From Saccostrea cucullata (lineage: Eukaryota), in assembly GCF_032062105.1 (NCBI RefSeq), contig NW_026923075.1, positions 62,001 through 126,000 of the forward strand: a stretch of 64,000 nt of DNA, written 5' to 3'. The notes under the pieces are model-generated. The model did not search any database. It was not told the DNA's origin and saw nothing but the letters and a program-made list of their open reading frames with translations. A program made the translations under genes and the position numbers. Below, one piece after another: positions 60,981 through 64,000 of this stretch; position 1 is the stretch's first letter; each line of letters opens with the position of its first letter.

Positions 60981-63900
60981 ATGGCGGACGAAACAAAAGA
61001 AAACGCAGGTAATTTACAAGTTATTCCACTTGTATATAATTTTCCTCTTCATTTATTAGAGGTAGTCTGACATATTGTTTTCACAAAGAGTTAAAACATC
61101 TAAATATATATGTGTATCATTTAGTTGAATGCATTCTGAAGCACATGTCATCCAAATTCATATAACCACATGGGGAATGTGTTTTTTCTATGATTTTGAA
61201 TTTTATGCCAAAAACCTGTTCGTCTCTTAAAACTATTTACTGCAAATTTAAACAAAATATATTATTTTTTTCTCATATTTCATATATTAAAAGATTTTTG
61301 TCTCTTTGTCTTATACAGATTCGCTCATTGCGGATATCCACAAAAGAATAACAGAAGCTTTTGAAATATTCGACAATGAAAACAATAAAACAGTGGATGT
61401 AAGGTTGGTAACAACAATGCTTTGCTATTTAAACAACAAAATGAAACGATTAATCCACATTTATGATAAGCCAAAATTTTATTGAGGGCCAGGAGTATGT
61501 ACACGGCATGATCTCAAACATGGTAGGATTTAGCTATCAAAAAACTTTTAAGTGTATAACTTTTGGATGGATGACAGTTTCTTAATTGTTACACTAGTGT
61601 AACCTATCCAAAGTTTACACAGGCTCACCATTGCTTAACTTGTCTGAAATAGAGGACAACTCTTCCACATACTGGAAAAATCTAATTCACTAGTGGGGTA
61701 GCGGAATATAAGACAAGAATGTAAGATATTTGTAAGACATTTTGGGCTTCTTGCCATAAAGCTTTGATCCAGCACTTAGAAAATAGATCTGGGTGAAGTT
61801 ATTATGCAAAAATTAAAGTAAGAAAATATCATTTTTGGCATTTTATGTTCATGTAATTGTCAAATCTTCTAAAGCATATGCATTAAAAAAAAAAATAAAC
61901 ACCACTTCTTCACTATCTTTGTCCCATACATTGACTGATCAGTTTTACATTATATAACAGAGAGGTTGGCACTATCATTCGTTCTCTGGGCTGTTGTCCC
62001 ACAGAGGCTGAGCTCACAGATATGCTGGTAGAGGTAGGTGGATTGTGCACAAAATTTACATATATATAGGGGTAATTAAATTTTCAATTTTACTATTTTA
62101 AAAAAGTTTGTTTCATTTTTTCAAATTAAATTTTCACTTCTGTGGTATTATTCTTAGTGCTGTGCGATATTACCGGTTAACCGGTGTATCCCAATTTCGT
62201 TCTTCACAATACGTATCGCGGTATTTTTTTGTGAATACCGGTTCGGGTTCGATATGCTCTAAATTGTTACAAAAAGAGTTATTTTGCCCAATCAGAAACC
62301 AGAGACATGACTCTTTCAAAAACGAAACGATGATAACTGTTATATGAAACCCCTTCATGTTAAAGCTGAATCTGAGTATTGCAACTTAATTGAATTCAAC
62401 AAGTTGCCACAAAAACAAAACTTATCTTGCCGCTTGCACCGACATAACGCGATCAGGCAATTGGAATATCAACTTGAGAACACATGTAATTTGAGTTTGT
62501 GTTTTCATTTAACCTTGACAAAAAGCAAAAAATTATTAGATATTTATATCGTGATATATTGCAATACAAAATATAATATTGCAATATATCGCGATACAAT
62601 TTTTCTGTCGCGATACCCAGCACTAATTATTCTACATGTACATGTACTATGTCCAATTTTATTAATTTTGCTTTCAGATTGAAGAAGAGGATGAGGCAGG
62701 CTATATTAGATTTGAAAAATTTCTATCAATGATGACAAAAGTTTTGATGGAAAGGAGGTTAGTTACCACTTTCTTATCCTGATCAACTTTTATTGTTATG
62801 CCCCCCTTCGAAGAAGGGAGGGCATATTGCTTTGCTGCTGTATGTCGGTATGTTGGTCTGTCGGTCCATTTAGTTTCCGTTCATTTTCTTCACAATTATT
62901 GCACATACTGAAATGAAATTTGATATATAGATTTATCAGATGAATATCTAGGCCAAGATCTGTTTTGGGTACGATTGCGCCGTTTTGGACAGAGTTATGC
63001 CCCGTGGACTTAGAAAAATTCAAATTATTTGTCGTTTCCATTCATTTTCTTGGCAGAGGTTGCACTTACTGAAATGAAATTTGGTATACAGATTTATCAG
63101 ATAAATATCTAGGACAACTTCTGTTTTGGATACAATCGCACCATTTTTGACAGAGTTGTGTGCCCTTGGACTTGGAAAAGTTCCAATTTTGGAGAGGGAG
63201 GCATAAGTGTTTTACAAACATCTCTTGTTAAACACAATATTTTTTATTTTTCTGACCTTAACTGTTTGAAGAAAAACAACTTTTTACCATTTCAGGTACA
63301 AACCTTCACCAGAAGATGTTCTCTTAAAAGCATTTCTTGTGTTAGACCAAGAGGGAAAGGGGTATCTTACACAAGATGAACTAGCCAAGTATATGACAGA
63401 AGATGGTAAATACTTCAACTTTTGCTCTATTTCTACAGTATTCTGCATAGTTTGTATGTACTTCACAATCTTTTTAAAACTCAATAGCCTGACACCAGGA
63501 CATAGAGCCCAAATTATGGCCCATATTACATGTATAGGATGATTGAATATTTTTAAAAAAGTCCTTGCCAAATTGGCACTAGCAAGAAAAAGAAAAATAC
63601 TTTAGACACATACTGGAACAAGGGCATGGCAAGGTGGAGCATCCTTTAAAAAAAGCTGATCTATAAATCTAGGCAGTATTTGATATCATTCCCTATGCAA
63701 TAAAATCACTTCTGTTTCACACATAATTAACTCATTTACCAATAAACACACTCACAATTGTGTTACTATATCCCCTCCAACTCTGATGCAAGGGGATAAT
63801 AAACTACCAATACATATATGAGATTCTTTACCCCTTTAAACTTGTGTGCTTTACAATAGTTTAAGATCAATTTTGAGAAAATCTTTTACTGAATTAACAG

Positions 63901-64000
63901 ATAGTGTCTTAGAAACATTTGAATGAATGTTACATATATCTTGACAATTTTTATGACAATATGGTTTCTTTCTAGGTGAACCATTCCAGCAGGAAGAATT
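60981..64000 (+). CDS. EFCAB2: Dynein regulatory complex protein 8 (EF-hand calcium-binding domain 2), partial; runs off the window
   Basis: Exons 60981-61008, 61319-61403, 61961-62033, 62678-62757, 63296-63405 and 63976-end. Protein MADETKENADSLIADIHKRITEAFEIFDNENNKTVDVREVGTIIRSLGCCPTEAELTDMLVEIEEEDEAGYIRFEKFLSMMTKVLMERRYKPSPEDVLLKAFLVLDQEGKGYLTQDELAKYMTEDGEPFQQEE, matching DRC8 hallmarks (TVDVRE.GTIIRSLGCCPTE; GYIRFEKFL; YMTE.GEPF). Confidence 0.95.
62155..62625. mobile_element. hAT-like MITE, 471 bp, in EFCAB2 intron 3
   Basis: TAGTGCTG...CAGCACTA termini and a perfect 8-bp TSD ATTATTCT (62147-62154 and 62626-62633). Confidence 0.88.
62796..63229 (-). mobile_element. Helentron-type element with two ~160 bp repeats, in EFCAB2 intron 4
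   Basis: Hairpin atgcccccttc..gaagggagggcat, a gtc-type microsatellite, duplicated tttcc.ttcattttctt...actgaaatgaaatttg.tata.agatttatcagat...gacagagtt.tg units, and end ggcataagtgttttacaaacatctcttgtt. A related fragment lies at about 35057-35220. Confidence 0.75.

Overview
AT-rich eukaryotic genomic DNA with spliced genes. The repeat families point to an oyster-like bivalve mollusc (inferred, not proven). There is one assembly gap (27514-27737). Genes reconstructed by hand from splice sites, left to right: (1) the first coding exon of a Jagged/Serrate Notch ligand (- strand; its intron runs off the left edge), flanked by a cluster of CSL/Su(H) and HES-type sites; (2) a tandem array of four diverged calmodulin-like genes A-D (- strand, 17.2-41.7 kb), each with the calmodulin 5-exon layout and an ATG-only first coding exon, but with different EF-hand and Lys115-site degeneration; (3) a UCP1/2/3-type mitochondrial uncoupling protein gene (+); (4) a 5'-truncated CR1/L2-type LINE with an open RT frame; (5) a PAXX non-homologous end-joining factor gene (-), head-to-head across 294 bp with (6) EFCAB2/DRC8 (+, runs off the right edge). 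Introns and intergenic DNA carry many Penelope-like retroelement fragments (three with twin-priming-type inversions), satellite-carrying Helentron-type elements (one nested pair), MULE, hAT, IS3EU-like, Kolobok-like and Tc1/mariner-like MITEs, a decayed Gypsy element and a ~1.2 kb tandem duplication. No rRNA, true tRNA or CRISPR array was found. No wholly novel system is demonstrable. The best leads are the functionally partitioned calmodulin-like cluster, the invertebrate PAXX with a shared promoter, the Notch-feedback site cluster, twin-priming in Penelope-like elements and a DNA transposon carrying a Pol III promoter.
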